From the human T2T-CHM13v2.0 reference genome, Homo sapiens, in the NCBI GenBank assembly GCA_009914755.4, contig CP068257.2:16800001-16864000 (forward strand): a stretch of DNA of 64,000 bases, in the 5' to 3' direction. Made by a program: the position numbers and the translations under genes. The notes under the pieces were generated by a model. That model searched no databases and was not told the origin of the DNA. It was given only the letters and a program-made list of their open reading frames with translations. Of the stretch, positions 1 to 14,575 are shown piece by piece. How positions within the stretch are numbered: the stretch's first letter is position 1; each line of letters opens with the position of its first letter.

Positions 1-8
1 TCCGTCTC

Positions 9-39
<31 letters not shown>

Positions 40-40
40 A
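1..40 (+). mobile_element. Alu 3' terminus with poly(A) tail; the body of the element lies upstream of the window
   Basis: The window opens with tccgtctc followed by about 29 A. This is the canonical Alu 3' end (gactccgtctcaaaa). Confidence 0.75.
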
Positions 41-621
41 AACTGTAGTGATGTGTATTTTCATTGGCATCAATATAAAGAGTCTATGTAACAAGAAATA
101 AGAAAGCTTTGAGATCATAAATCTTAGAACCTCCATTTCCCTAACTATTTCATAAATCGATGTGTATCAGAATCTTAGTCATATGTGATGATCAGGATGA
201 ATTGTAGGATCATATGGCTTATTTTTCATATTTATTATCCCATGCTATAAGTAGCACCTATTTTCAAGGTTTGAAATTCTTATAAGCTACTCAATTTAAA
301 AAAAATCAGAAAATATTCATTGATTTTGTGTACTTTTGAATAATTGTGTATTTAACAAATGGTTTGCTAAATTCTTGTCATGACCTGTTCATGTAAATAA
401 ATTCTTATCATGACCTATTTATATAATTGACATTCATTGTAGTATCTTTTATAACATTCTTTAAAGGTCTGATTTAAAAGAAAATTAGTGTAATATAGTG
501 ATTGTTAATAATATAGTTGTTGGACTTTTTCTGCTTAAAGTATAATTACTTCGATGTTACAGAATGATCAACCTACTAACAGCAATTGTTTAGATGAGCT
601 ATTTGAACAATTGAACAATCA

Positions 622-970
<349 letters not shown>

Positions 971-971
971 G

Positions 972-1639
<668 letters not shown>

Positions 1640-2839
1640 AGGACACATTATTTTAAAGAATCTCTGATGATCAAAGTTGTTCCTTAGTTTAACGTAATCT
1701 CCTACTCATTCCTCCTCTTCTTTCATTGCTACTTTACTATAACTGTCCTTTGTGTTGTTAAAATTCCTATCTTTCCAATAATACTGTTTTACTTTAACAT
1801 CAATGAATTGTTTTTTCTTAGTTACCTTGAGTCTTATTTTGATTAATTTTATTTAAAAATATCCTGTATTTCATCTGCTCTCTCCATCAGATATGGCTGT
1901 TTCCTAAGAACGATGTTTATCCTACTTTGCTCATTATTAGCTTTTGGCATGGATGGGCTTGACGTATTTGCTAGCAGATTATCTACTATAAGTAATAAAA
2001 CATTCTGGCACCACATTGCTATTTGTGTAAACCAGACAAATGTTTTCTGTACTTTTTTCTCCTTACATATATTTTTCATTCACTCTTGCAAACTTTTGCT
2101 CCAAATATAAGTTAAGCTATAAAGTAGTTATTTATATTTTTAAATAAATTATTCAAAGTAATCAATGCTAGGTTTTCCTTAATGATACACAACTTCCTAG
2201 ATGTTCTTAGGAGAAAAAACTCCCTTGCATCACACAAAGCCAAAATATTGCTACCTTGAATATCACATTTCTTATCCCGGTAAGTTTGGGACAGTTTATC
2301 TGGCTCTCTCAAGGACATCCAGCTAGTTGATCAGAGTTCAAATACTGCTCTGTTTATTTTGTTATACAGATATTCCATGGTAATTTCTTCCAAGCTTAGA
2401 TAAAATATTTCCTCAAACTTTTATTATGATGATTTCATTCTAGGGTTAATGCAGTGTTCTGAAAGAATAAAATCAGTTTTGAAATGAAGTATATTTTAAT
2501 ACGATTCTGACGTATCAATTCTATTTGGCCTGAAAAAATCAGTTCGGGGTACCATACATAGAGTTAATCACCAAAGGTATTAGGAAGTGATTACTGGATA
2601 GATTAAGAACAGGTGATGGGATGTAGGTTAATTAGAATTAAGTTCAAATATACCTTGAATTAAGTTCAAATATACTGACCCATCTTCCTCCCCAACCTCC
2701 AACTATCCATGGACACTTTGCATGTGTATATTTACAAATTACAAAGAAATTGGCAAACTAGCCCCGATTAAATAGTGCAGAGAAACAAGAGATGAGGAAA
2801 AACGGCAGGGAAGCTACGAAAAGAAAAAATAAAATAAAT

Positions 2840-3842
2840 AAAAGATGGCAGAATAGAAGCAGCTCAGGTGTGCTGCTCTCGTAGAGAACAGAGGGGCTGG
2901 TGAACACTGACTCTGCAGGCCGATCGGCTGAGAAACCATGCTGGGATCAATTAAGGCAGCAGGGGACACAGAAAGCAGGGAAGAGTGAAGCTGGCACCAG
3001 CCTGTCTGGGTTCAGCATGGAGCCAGGAGAACCTCTCCAACACAGGAAACTGAATGAGTGACAGCCCCTTGGGACACTCACGCTCTCCACAGGGACCTGT
3101 GTAAAACTGAATGAGAGAATCCTCCTGGCATCCCCGGTCTCCCCACTGCACTTCTAGACTGAGGCAGAAAGTCAACTGGACATATTGCCGGGACAACTCT
3201 TGATTCCAAGGGAACCTCTACAAGCCTTGTGCCCTGGAGCAGACCAGCACTGGTGCCATAGCCCCAGTGGAGGCCACAGTTGTGGTGCCAACAATAAGAT
3301 TGCTCCACCTCACCTTGCTAGACAAGGCTCAGTGCCAGCTACTGGCCCAATAGTCCCACTTCTGTCCGAACTCAGCCAGTGGCTGCAGCCTCCTCTTGTT
3401 CCAGGAAACACCTGAATGGCAGAGCTGGCAACCTCACCCTCTGACACCGGTAGACAAGCAGGCAATGCTTTCTAGAGCTTCCAGCTAGCAGTACCGCTTT
3501 TGTGTGAACTCAGCCAGAGGGTGCAGCTTCCTGTTGTGGCGGGAAGCACCTGCACAGCAAAGCAGGCAACTGAACCCACTCCTGCCACTGGTAGCCAGGT
3601 GGGCAATTCCTGCTAGAGCTTCTGGCCAAGTGGTCCTGCTTCTGTTTGAACTTGGCTGGCAGGCACAGCCTCCTCTTATTGCTAGAAACATCCGGATGGC
3701 AGGGTGGGTGAATCCACTCACAGCACACTCCCCGCCCCTTGTAACCAGGCAAGTCACACCTGCTAGGGCTTCCAGCCTCGTAGTCCTACTTCAGCCTGAA
3801 TTTGCCAAGGGTTGCAGCAGCCTGTTGCCCCAGAAACACCCA
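2840..3842 (+). mobile_element. L1 5'UTR-like segment of an older L1PA/L1PB type, containing about four tandem 150-bp monomers (3215-3840)
   Basis: The start aagatggcagaatagaagcagctcagg closely resembles the L1 5' end aagatggccgaataggaacagctcc. It is followed by repeated units of the form gaactcagccag..gcagc.tcct.ttg...gaaacacc. Confidence 0.5.
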
Positions 3843-4294
3843 GCAGCACTATTCACAATAGCAAAGATACGGAATCAACCTAAATGCCCATTAACGGAAG
3901 ACTGGATAAAGAAAATGTTGTATATGTACATCACGGAATACTACATAACCATAAAAAAGGATTATTTCGTGTCCTTTACAGGGACATGGTTGAAGCTGGA
4001 AACCATCATTCTCTGCAAACTGTCACAAGGACAGAAAACCAAACACCGCATGTTCTCACTCATAAGTGGGAGTTGGACAATTAGAACACATGGACACAGG
4101 GAGGGGAACATCCCACACTGGGGCCTGTTGGGGGATGGGGGTGCTGGGGGAGGGATAGCATTAAGAGAAATTCCTAATGTAGATGACGGGTTGATGGGTG
4201 CAGCAAACCACCATGGCACATGTATACCTATGTAAGAAATCTGCACGTTGTGCACATGTACCCTAGAACTTAAAGTATAAAAATTAAAAAAAAA
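3843..4294 (+). mobile_element. L1 3' end (older L1PA-type): ORF2 C-terminus, 3'UTR and poly(A). It is fused directly to the 5'UTR-like segment above.
   Basis: gcagcactattcacaatagcaaag ... ggagggatagcattaagagaaattcctaatgtagatgacgggttgatgggtgcagcaaaccaccatggcacatgtatacctatgtaa ... cttaaagtataaaaattaaaaaaaaa. Confidence 0.9.
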
Positions 4295-4595
4295 TCAGGA
4301 TAGTGAGCATTCCCATCACCTCAAACATGTGTCATTTCTTTTTGGTGAGAACATTCAAAACTTTCTCTTTTAGTTATTTTGAAATACTATACAATATATT
4401 ATTATTAACTATAATCACCCTACTGTGCAATGGAACGCCAGAACATTTTCCTCCTATTTAACTGTAACTTTGTTGACCAACTTCTCCCAGTCTCCCCCTT
4501 ACCTCCTCTCCTTCCAAACCTCTGATAATCACTATTCTACTCTCTCCCTCCATGAGATAAACTTTCTGAAATTCCACATGAGTGAGACAACAAAA

Positions 4596-4686
4596 TTAGC
4601 TTGGTGCAAAGTAGTTGCGGTTTTTGCCATTAAGAGTGGCAAAACTTTTAGTGGCAAAAATGGTAAATAGTTTTGCAACAAGCTAA
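4596..4686. mobile_element. MADE1-like MITE (Hsmar1 mariner-derived), about 90 bp, palindromic
   Basis: ttagcttggtgcaaagtagttgcggtttttgccattaagagtggcaaaa ... ttttgcaacaagctaa, compared with the MADE1 consensus ttaggttggtgcaaaagtaattgcggtttttgccatt...ttttgcaccaacctaa. Confidence 0.75.
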
Positions 4687-4854
4687 TGTTTCTCTTTCTG
4701 TGGTAGGCTTACTTCACTTAACATAATGTCTTCTAGGTTCATCCATGTGTTCAGAAATGACCAAATTTCATTTTATTTGGCTGGCTAGTACTCCATTGTA
4801 TATATATATATACCCCATTTAAAAAAATCCATTCTTGCATTGGTATATACCACA

Positions 4855-5138
<284 letters not shown>

Positions 5139-6808
5139 TAAAAATCCATTAACACATTGATGGATGCTTAGATTGATTCCATATCTTCACTATCATGAAT
5201 ATTGCTGCAAAATACTAGCAAACTGAGGGCAATAGCACATCAAAAAGATCACTCACCATGATCTAGTGGGATTCACCTAAGGGATGCCACAATGTTTCAA
5301 CAGACACAAATAAAACAATTAGATACATCACATTAACAAAATGTAGAAAATAAGTGGGATCATTTTATTAGATGCTAAAAAAGCGTTTGGTAAAACCCAA
5401 CATTCTTTTATGATAAAACCTGCCAACAAACTGGAGGTAGAAGACTATGCCTCAAAATCATAAAGGGCATATATATCAAACCCATAGCTAGCATAATACT
5501 GGACAAGGAACTATTGAAAGCCTTTTCTCTAAAATATGCAACAAGACAAGGATGCCCACTTTCTCCACTTGTATTCAAAATAATACTGGAATTACTGGCC
5601 AGAGCCATCAGGCAAGAGAAAGAAATAAAGGGCATCCAAATTGGAAAGGAAAAAGTCAAATTAGCCCTGTTTTCAAACCACATGATCTTATACTTAGCAA
5701 AACCTCAAGACTCAACCAAACCACTGTTAGAAGTGATAAGCAAATTCAATAAAGTTGTAGAATACAAAATCAACATACAAAAATCAGTAGCATTTATATA
5801 TGCCAGCAGCAAACGATCTGAAAAAAATTAAGAAGATAATCCCATTTATAATAGCCACAAGTAATATAAAATATCTAGGAATCAATTTAACCAAAGAAGC
5901 AAAAGCAATATACAAGGAAAACTATAAAACACTAATGAAAGAAATTGAAGAGGACACAAATCAAAAGATAGTCCATGTTCATGAATTGGAATAATTAATT
6001 CTGTAAAAATAACAATACTACTCAAAGCAATACACAGATTCAATGCAATCCCTATCAAAATACCAAGAAAGTTCTTCACAGAAATAGAAAAAAATGCTAA
6101 ATTTATACGGAACCACAAAAGACCTCAAATAGCCAAAGCAATTCCAAGCAAAAAGAACAAAGCTAGAAGCAACATACTACCTGACTTTAAAATATACTAC
6201 AAAGCTATAGTAACCAAATAAGCATGGTACTTGCATAAAAACAGATACATAGATCAATAGAACAGAATACGGAACCCCAAAATGCATTTACAGCCCACTG
6301 ATTTTCAACAGGCACGGAAAACACACATTAAGGAAAAAGACAGCCTCTTCAATAAAGTTGCTCTGGAAAAGCTGAATATCCACATGTCGAAGAATAAAAC
6401 TAAACTTCTATCTCTCATCAGTTGCAAAATCAGCTGAAAATGAATTGAAGACCTCAAAGTAGGACCAAAACTGCTAGAGAAAAACAGGGGGAAAGCTCCA
6501 TGACATTGGTTTAGGCAATGTTTGTTTGTTTGTTTTTTATATAACCCCAAAAAACATAGGCAACAAATATAGACAAATGAGATTACTTCAAACTACAAAG
6601 CTTCTGGACAGTAAAGGAAATAAGCAAGAGTGAAGACACAACTTACAGAACAGGATAAACTATTTGCAATCTGTACAACTCTCTAGGGGTTAATATACAG
6701 CATATATAAGCAACTCAAATAACATAATAGCAAAATAACAAATAATTAATAATTAAAATATGGGCAGAATATCTGAATAGACATTTCTCAAAAGAAGACA
6801 TACAAATG

Positions 6809-7106
<298 letters not shown>

Positions 7107-7155
7107 GACATACAAATGACAAACAAGTATATTAAAAATGGTCAACATAACTAAA

Positions 7156-7526
7156 TGATATGGTTTGGCTGTGTCCCCACCCAAATTTCATCTTGAACTG
7201 TAGTTCTGATAATGCCCACATGTTTGGGAGGGACTTGGTGGGAAGTAATTGAGTCATGAAGGCAGTTACCTCCATGCTCTTCTGTTGACAGTGAGTGAGT
7301 TCTTATGAGATCTCATAGTTTTATAGGGGCTTTTTCCCTCCTTCATTCTGCACTTGTCTCTTGCTTGTTGCCATGTAAGATGTGGCTTTGCTCTTCCTTT
7401 GTCTTCTGCAATGATCGTGAGGCCTCCCTAGCCTTGTTAAAGTGTGAGTTCGTTAAGCCTCTTTTTTTCATAAATTAGCTAATGTAGAGTAGGTCTTTAG
7501 TAGCAGCATGAGAACAGACTAGTACA
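7156..7526 (+). mobile_element. THE1/MST-family (ERVL-MaLR) solo LTR inserted into L1M ORF2. TSD ctaaa/ctaat.
   Basis: tgatatggtttggctgtgtccccacccaaatttcatcttgaactgtag ... ccatgtaagatgtggctttgctc ... cataaattagc ... agcatgagaacagactagtaca. It runs from TG to CA. Confidence 0.8.
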
Positions 7527-9505
7527 CTAATCATCAGAGATAAGTAAATCAAAACCACAATGAGATATCACTTCACCCCTGTTAGAATGTCTGTTTTCAA
7601 AAAGATAAAAAGGAAATGCTGGTGAGGATGTGGAGAATGAGAATTCTTATACACTCTTGGTGAGAATGCAAATTAGTACAGCCATTATAAACAGTAGTAT
7701 AAAGGTTCTTCAAAAAATTAAAAATATAAATACCATATGATCCAGTAATACCAATAAACGTATATCCAAAGGAAATTAAATCAGTATGTTGAAGAGGTAT
7801 CTACATTTCTATGTTTATTGAAACTGTTTTATTAATAAAGTCACCACAGTGATCTACATACATTTGGTTTTCTGAGAATGTGTTGAGAATACTGGTTATG
7901 CATCAAACAAATGGATTATGACATTGTGTCTAATTGATGTTACAAATCAATACAATTTACTAAAGAAGAGTCACTAAGAATGCAGACTCTGGAGTGAGAT
8001 TTCTTTAGTTTATAGCTAAATATATTTAATATCCATGAGCTTTGGGAACATGGGCTAACTAAGGAAACTTTCTTCACATTTCTTCTACCTTTAAAGTGGA
8101 AATAATTATAAGATATTCCTCATGGGGCTGTTATAATGACCGAATCTGACAATAGATGAAACACACTATAAAGATGCATACCATATTTTGAAAAATCAGT
8201 AAATTTTAATCATTTCCTTTTATTTAGTTGGATTTTTTAAAATAGAAATATTCTAAGCACAGAGTGTATGAAACTTGAATTTATTACTCTATGGCCTATC
8301 ATGGAAACAGTGTTGTTATATGATACATTTATATAATTTTAAATATCATATCATACTGTGGTCCTACTCTAATATTCAAATCTCATAAACTATCATTTTT
8401 GTAGTTGTTTCACATTTTTAATTTAGAAACATCAAGGACTATTGCTTTGATGAGCTATTATATATTGCTTTTCTGTTAGGCTTAGTAAGCAAATATAATA
8501 CTTCAGTAAAAATAATGATAAACTATTTCTTTCAATGATTTGAAAGTTGCCTGATATTTTGAGATAAAGTCTAGTATATCTTTTTTTGAAACAGACAAAC
8601 TGGGTCTTAAAATAAATCAGAACAATTATGCTGTTTATATTGGTGAGTTACATGAATCCACTTAGTAAATAATGAACAGATGTTCTACTAATCAAACTAT
8701 ACAGACACAATTTGCTTTTCTGACCTAAAGGCCATACCCAAGAAAAGCTGTTGCTCATTTTGTTCTTTCACTTGGGAAAAGGAAGGGAGAAATTTAATAT
8801 TTCTCAAATGAATTGTGATCTTATTCCAGGAGCTTTTGAAAATGTAGCATTATATACAATATAGAATTTCTATATAAAATACAGAATATGACAATTCACA
8901 AAAACCCACCTTGCACATATTCAATCGTATCTAATGCATATAGTATGCTGTGAGATGGTGATCTTAAGTTTATTTCATAGATAGAGAGGAACCCAGAGTT
9001 GAAGTTACATGTCAAGGTGGTACATGTGTCTTCTGACTTCAGAACCACTAGTGTGTGTTCTCCCAACAAGCAGGAAAACAGAAAGTGCCTTCCTATTCTC
9101 TTTTTTAAATTGTGTAACTTAAGGATTAACATTCCTGAGTTTAATATCCAATGCTATTACTTACTGGTTATGTAACTTTGGTTAGAATATTGAACTTTTA
9201 TGTTCCTCTGTAAGATGGGATACTAATTGAACCTCCTTCTGTAGGCATTTGTGACTGCCTATGAGCTAAATCATGTACAGTGTTTAGACGAGACCCCAGT
9301 ACAATTAGCAGTCAGTACCTACCACATCTTATTATTATCATTTCCTTTTTGAAACCAAACTGTCAAAATTGTGAGTATCTTGGCAATGGAAAATTTTCAG
9401 CTCTTCACAGTCATCCTTGAATCACTCTCAGACCATTTCACTAGGGCCTAATGGGAAATGTTCTTTTTCTGAGGTGACTCAGTAAACTCATGAATCTTTC
9501 CCTCA

Positions 9506-9546
9506 AACACACACACACACACACGCACACACACACACACACACAC
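9506..9546. repeat. (AC)n microsatellite of about 20 units with one interruption
   Basis: cacacacacacacacgcacacacacacacacacacac. Confidence 0.95.
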
Positions 9547-11514
9547 CTATATAAAATGGAAGAATAGCCTTTCAATTAGAAAACACATAAAAAAGAAGAT
9601 ACAAAGAAAATATATGTAGCACTTATGAGATTAAGCCCAGTTTTTCATTAAAACATCTGCTCTTCAAGTTTCCATCCCTTGGCTCTCACTTAAGTATTTT
9701 ATTTTCAACTTATGGAAGCAATTACTTGAATGCAAACTCCAGGGAAGTAAATGGCCGCAGCATATAGCTCATTCAATGTACATTTTTGCATTATCTTATA
9801 TACAAGGCAAATTAGTTTTCAGGTTAGTAAAAATAATCTTAACTTCATATTTTTATTGCTTGTGGGAATTATTCCAGATGAAGTAGCATGCAAATTTCAT
9901 TGTTTTACATGTTTTTTTTTCTAGCATATATTTCATCTGGGGTTGCATAATGGAAAGATCTATTTTTTTCTAAAACCTTTTGTCGTAGTTTGAAAGGATC
10001 AACGGCTCCTCCCTGTGATTCAGTTTCACATGGCGATTTCCTATGAGCCCTGAAAACGTGGAACCTCAATGCATTTGTTTCTGCTTAAGAATTATAAATC
10101 TTCTTACTCTATTCTGTGATTATACCATCCCTTGACAATGGTTTTGCTAAAAGATTTTCAAAAGCCGAGTTCTGGGAGTAGAAGGAGGTTCAACTTTGAA
10201 TGCTATTTTCTGATCAATTGGAGCTTCTTAATCCTCTTCCTTTACTGGACTGTGCTCTGGTAAATAGCTGTCAGCAAGGGAAGGAGTTCAATACCTGTGG
10301 GCCATGACCCACTTAAAGGCTTCTTCTTTTGGGAAAAAAATCCAAGACAGCCTTAAATGTCAGTATTCTTCTGGAATGCCCTTGTGTCAGCTTCAGGGGT
10401 TCAATTGCCATGCGTATCTATAAATTCCAGCCTTTTCAAATAAAATACTGGAAGTTATTACATCTGTCAGGTGAAGCAGAGGTAAATGCAAGCCTTGAAT
10501 ATAAAGATTTGATTCATATATACACCGTCAACAATAAGAAAGCCAGAGAGGCCTTCTAGTATTTGGACATACATGATACATTCTTCAGTTGTGTATGATA
10601 TTCATTAAAAATTCGCTGATTATTCTTATCCTACCCATTTTAAGATAATCCACAATTAATCACTGGCCAAGCATTACAATGCAATGTTCTATCAAATTTA
10701 TGCAAAAGATTCTCTTTTTTTTTTAAAATACACTGAATCCTCCCTTTTTATTTCAGATGTGGTGTTTTGTTAAGGATTTTATTGTAATACAGTTCTTCAG
10801 TTCCCTGAAAGTTTAGATATATGTAAAAACTCATTTCTTAATAAAAAGCCCATCATAAACATGAAAAGGGTAAAATGACATAATGTGACAAATGTTGCTA
10901 TTAGCTTATCTGTTGTTATGGAATTATTTTTACTGTACACAGTTCACCAAAAAATAAAAAACTGTCAAAAAGCTACTGAACTAAATGTCTGTTTTTATTT
11001 TAGTGAATTGATCATAGATTTGTCTGCCCTTTTTTTTTTGAGTTGTTAATCAAATATAAAAACCAGTCACGATTTTGTGCAAAACTACAAATACATGCAG
11101 TTTTAAAATGTAGAGACACTGAAAATAAAAGCCAATTTACTTCTCAGGAGGGATAAATCTTGGTTTCAGCAACAAGAAGCATTGAGGTGTTTAAGCTGCT
11201 TTGGGGACAGCATTATAGAAGGGCAGAAGAGCCCTGTGTGCTTACATGAGCTCTGGTTTGTCTTTCTCTCTACAATTTTCTGCAATTACAAAATATATTT
11301 TGAGAAGAGCTTATGCTTTTTTGGACAGCTAACATGTTTCACTTGTTATTAAATTTACTTTTTCTCTCTTCTACTCTGTTTTCTATACTTTCCTGGTGGA
11401 AAAGGTTCAGTTTTTGTATGACTGTCCAAGATGAAAACAGAAGATACTACACATTTTTGACTCAGTGAGTTTAGAGCCAAAGATGATTGTCAATCAATGT
11501 CAAAGTTCACAGTC

Positions 11515-11612
11515 ATGGCATGCATAAGACATGCATGACATGCATGCATAATTTTATGCATGCATAATTTTATGTATGCAAATGCAAACTTATGCATGCA
11601 TAATTTTATTTT
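11515..11612. repeat. Imperfect tandem repeat of a roughly 16-bp unit atgcatgcataatttt (about 5 copies), rich in the palindrome ATGCAT
   Basis: catgcataagacatgcatgacatgcatgcataattttatgcatgcataattttatgtatgcaaatgcaaacttatgcatgcataatttta. Confidence 0.7.
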
Positions 11613-12026
11613 CTCATTGTGATTCTTGCTTCCAGTTGATGTGGTTCAATTCAAAAAAAGATTCATTATGATTTTACTCGAGATCAATAGCTACATCCGA
11701 ATTTTTTGGAAATCAATGCAGGACTGAGAAACTACTTTCCACATTGTGTTCTCGGGGAGATATTAGCTAGTGGCAGGTGAGCTTATGTTTATGTGATGGC
11801 ACCTGAGAGTACATAGAGGTTGGATATGTTAGTAACATATTTAAGGCATACTCAAAACTTAGGGATTCCTTGAGTCTATAATTTCATAAGCATGGTTTGT
11901 TAAAATTAGCACCACAAAGGTTTAAGGAATAAAAACAACTTTCTCAAGTTATTTTTTACTTATAACTCAATGTATACACACACATAAGCAAACACACAAA
12001 GCAAACATAATGTAATATTAAAATTA

Positions 12027-12308
12027 GGCTGGGTATGGCAGCTCACGCCTGTAATCCCAGCACTTTGGGAGGCCGAGGTGGGCTGACATATTCAGCCCAA
12101 CAGCTCTAGACCAGCCTACGCAACATGGCGAAACCATGTCTCTACAAAAAATAAAAAAATAATATCCGGGCATGGTGGTGGGCACCTGTGGTCCCAGCTA
12201 CTTGAGAGGCTGAGGTGGGAGAATCACCGGAGCCCTGGATGGGATGTTGAGGCTGAAGTGAGCTGTGACAGCATCAGTACACTCCAGCCTGTCTCAAGAA
12301 AAACAAAG
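12027..12308 (+). mobile_element. Alu SINE, diverged (AluJ-like)
   Basis: ggctgggtatggcagctcacgcctgtaatcccagcactttgggaggccgaggtgggctgacat ... tccgggcatggtggtgggcacctgtggtcccagctacttgagaggctgaggtgggagaatcac ... Many substitutions. Confidence 0.85.
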
Positions 12309-12409
12309 AGATTCAATACAATATTTTGAACTGGAATGTTACAAACTGAATAGGAATATGGATAAAGATGAACTAATCGATGACAATTTCAATATGAGCC
12401 AATAGAAAT

Positions 12410-12800
12410 CATTTTATTTATTTAACAGCTTTATTGAGTTACAATTAATATAGAAAAACTGCACATATTTAATGTGTGCAATTTGATGAGTTTGGACGAA
12501 GGTAAATATCTGTGGTAACATTATCAAAACCAAGGTAATAGGCATATCCAACATCTCTCAAAATTTCCTTGTGTCCCTTTTATTGTTTTTGTAGTATGAA
12601 CGTGCAACATAAGATCTACCATCTTAACAAAGTTTGAAGTGCACAATACTGCATTTTAACTATAAGGACTGTTATACAGCATATTTCTAGAGCTTACTCA
12701 TCTAGCACAACTGAAACTTTATATCTTTTGAACAACTGCCACAGTTTATAAACAACCCCACATTTTTAATTTTGCAATGTCACATGTCAATCCCTTTAAA
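12410..12800 (-). mobile_element. L1M 3' end in minus orientation
   Basis: ttttatttatttaacagctttattgagttacaattaatatagaaaaactgcacatatttaatgtgtgcaatt is the reverse complement of the L1M terminus ...aattatatctcaataaagctgttaaa. Confidence 0.55.
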
Positions 12801-12993
12801 AGATTTTTTTGTATTGATGTGTCAGTTTTGTTGTCTTCCCTCTAAGTTGAAAACTACCAGCCTCTAATTTAAATCCAGGCATCTGGATCTCTCAAAAATC
12901 TCACAAAATAAATCTGATTATATTTCCATGAAGGCCCTCCAGATACTCATAAACACGTGTCATGCTCTCCACCCCATATCTCTGCTTTTCTAA

Positions 12994-13240
12994 TGTATTA
13001 GTCAGTGTTCTCCAGAGAAACAGAACCAATAGAATGTGTGTATGTGTGCACATGCATGCACATGTGCATATACACACATATATACAGAAACATATTTATT
13101 TTAAGGCTTGCCTGATTATGGAAGCTGGCAAATACAAAATCTGCAGGGTACACTGGCAGCCTGGAGAGTCAATGATGCAGTTCACATCTAAAGGCCATCA
13201 AGACTGGAGATTTAGAGACGAGCTTATTTTGCAGTTTATG
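12994..13240 (-). mobile_element. Partial ERV-class LTR with TG..CA termini, probably an ERVL-MaLR/MLT-type subfamily that I cannot name from memory. This is copy 1, the 3' portion only.
   Basis: tgtattagtcagtgttctccagagaaacagaaccaatagaatgtgtgtatgtgtg ... ggaagctggcaaatacaaaatctgcagggtacactggcagcctggagag is the reverse complement of an LTR ending ...ctctggagaac.ctgactaataca. Confidence 0.5.
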
Positions 13241-13247
13241 CAGCTCC

Positions 13248-13800
13248 CTCAAAAAATTAAAAATAGAACTACTGTATGATTCAGCAATCCCACTTTTAGG
13301 TAAATACCCAAAAGAATTGGAATTCAGATCTCTAAGAGATATCTGCACTCCTATATTCATTGCAACATTATTCACAATGGCTAAGATATGGAAACAATCC
13401 AAGGGTCCATCACAGTGAATGAATAAAGAAAATCTGGTATATATGTGTATAATATGAGTAAGACTCAAAAGAGAAGGAAATCCTGCCATTTGAGACAACA
13501 TGGATTAACTTGAAGGACATAATGCTAAATGAAATTAGCCAATCACAGAAGGACAAATTCTGCAATATTCCACCTGTATGAAGTATCTGTAAGAGTTAAA
13601 CTCATGGGAGCAAAGCATATGATATTTGCCAGGGGCTAAGGGTAACAAGCAAATTCATAGTTATTTTTACTTTGATTTATTGAGATCTAGTTGTCAAAGG
13701 ACAATATGTGAGTATTGGAAATTAAATACTAGAAAATTTAAACTTTAATTTTACAACAATGGAGACAATATCATATAAGAAACTCAATTTATAAAGCTCC
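13248..13800 (+). mobile_element. L1M 3' end fragment in plus orientation
   Basis: aaaaatagaactactgtatgattcagcaatcccacttttaggtaaatacccaaaagaattggaat ... attgcaacattattcacaatggctaagatatggaaacaatccaagggtccatcac ... ttgccaggggctaagggtaac. Confidence 0.6.
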
Positions 13801-14029
13801 ACAGAGGATACTCATGCTTGTAATATAACCTCTAATTTGAAATGTAGACATTTTGAAAATGCTTTTGTAGAAAAATTGCCTAGATGTTGAATGCATCATT
13901 TCTTCCTTGCTAATGTGATATTCTTTTGTACACTGATGCGATGTTTCCTTCCATAAGGATTCCAACTAAGTTCTTCAAATAGAAAGAAGTATTTTCTTTT
14001 GCCCCGAAGCCATTTTAATATGTGTATTA

Positions 14030-14570
14030 GTTAGGGTTCTGCAGAGAAGCAGAACCAATAGGATATATATAGAGATATATAAAAGGAGATTCATTATGAA
14101 ATTGGTTCAAGCAAATACAAAGGCTGAGAAGTCCCGTGATATGCCAGTGAGCAAACTGGAGAACCAGGAAAGCCAGTGGTATAATTCATTCTGAGTACAA
14201 AGGCTCAGAACAGGAGGAGCCAATGGTGTAACTCTTAGTCCCAGTACAAAGCCAAGAGTCTGAGAGGGGAGGGGCTGCTGGTATAAGTGCCAGAGTCTAA
14301 AGGCTGGAGGATCACAAGCTCCAACGTCCAAGAGCAGAAGATGGAGAAAATGAATTTGCCCTTCCTCTGCCTTTTTGTGCTATCTTGGGCCTCACAGATT
14401 GGATAATGCCTGTTCTCATTGGTAAGGGCAGATCTTCTTTACTCAATCTACTGATTCAAAAGCTAATCTATTCCAGAAACATCCTCACAGACACATCCCA
14501 AAATAATATTGTATTAGCTATCTGGTGTTCCTTAGCCAAGTCAAGTTGACACACAAATTTAACTATCACA
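14030..14570 (-). mobile_element. Full-length copy of the same LTR family (copy 2, about 540 bp). TSD atatg/gtatg.
   Basis: tgtattagttagggttctgcagagaagcagaaccaataggatatatatagag ... actcaatctactgattcaaaagctaatctattccagaaacatcctcacagacacatccc ... agtcaagttgacacacaaatttaactatcaca. Confidence 0.55.
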
Positions 14571-14575
14571 GTATG

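Noticed and set aside
3504-4235. 243-aa ORF, the longest in the track apart from those in L1 ORF2, considered as a possible gene.
   Set aside because: The first half reads through the non-coding L1 5'UTR-like monomer array. The second half is the L1 ORF2 C-terminus read past a mutated stop codon (tgg for tga). It is a transposon artefact.
9960-10080. Polypyrimidine tract followed by AG (ttttttctaaaaccttttgtcgtag) with 4 CpGs just downstream, which looked like a 3' splice site and exon.
   Set aside because: All three forward frames hit stop codons within 30 nt and no convincing GT donor follows. I cannot support a coding exon. A non-coding exon cannot be excluded without transcript data.
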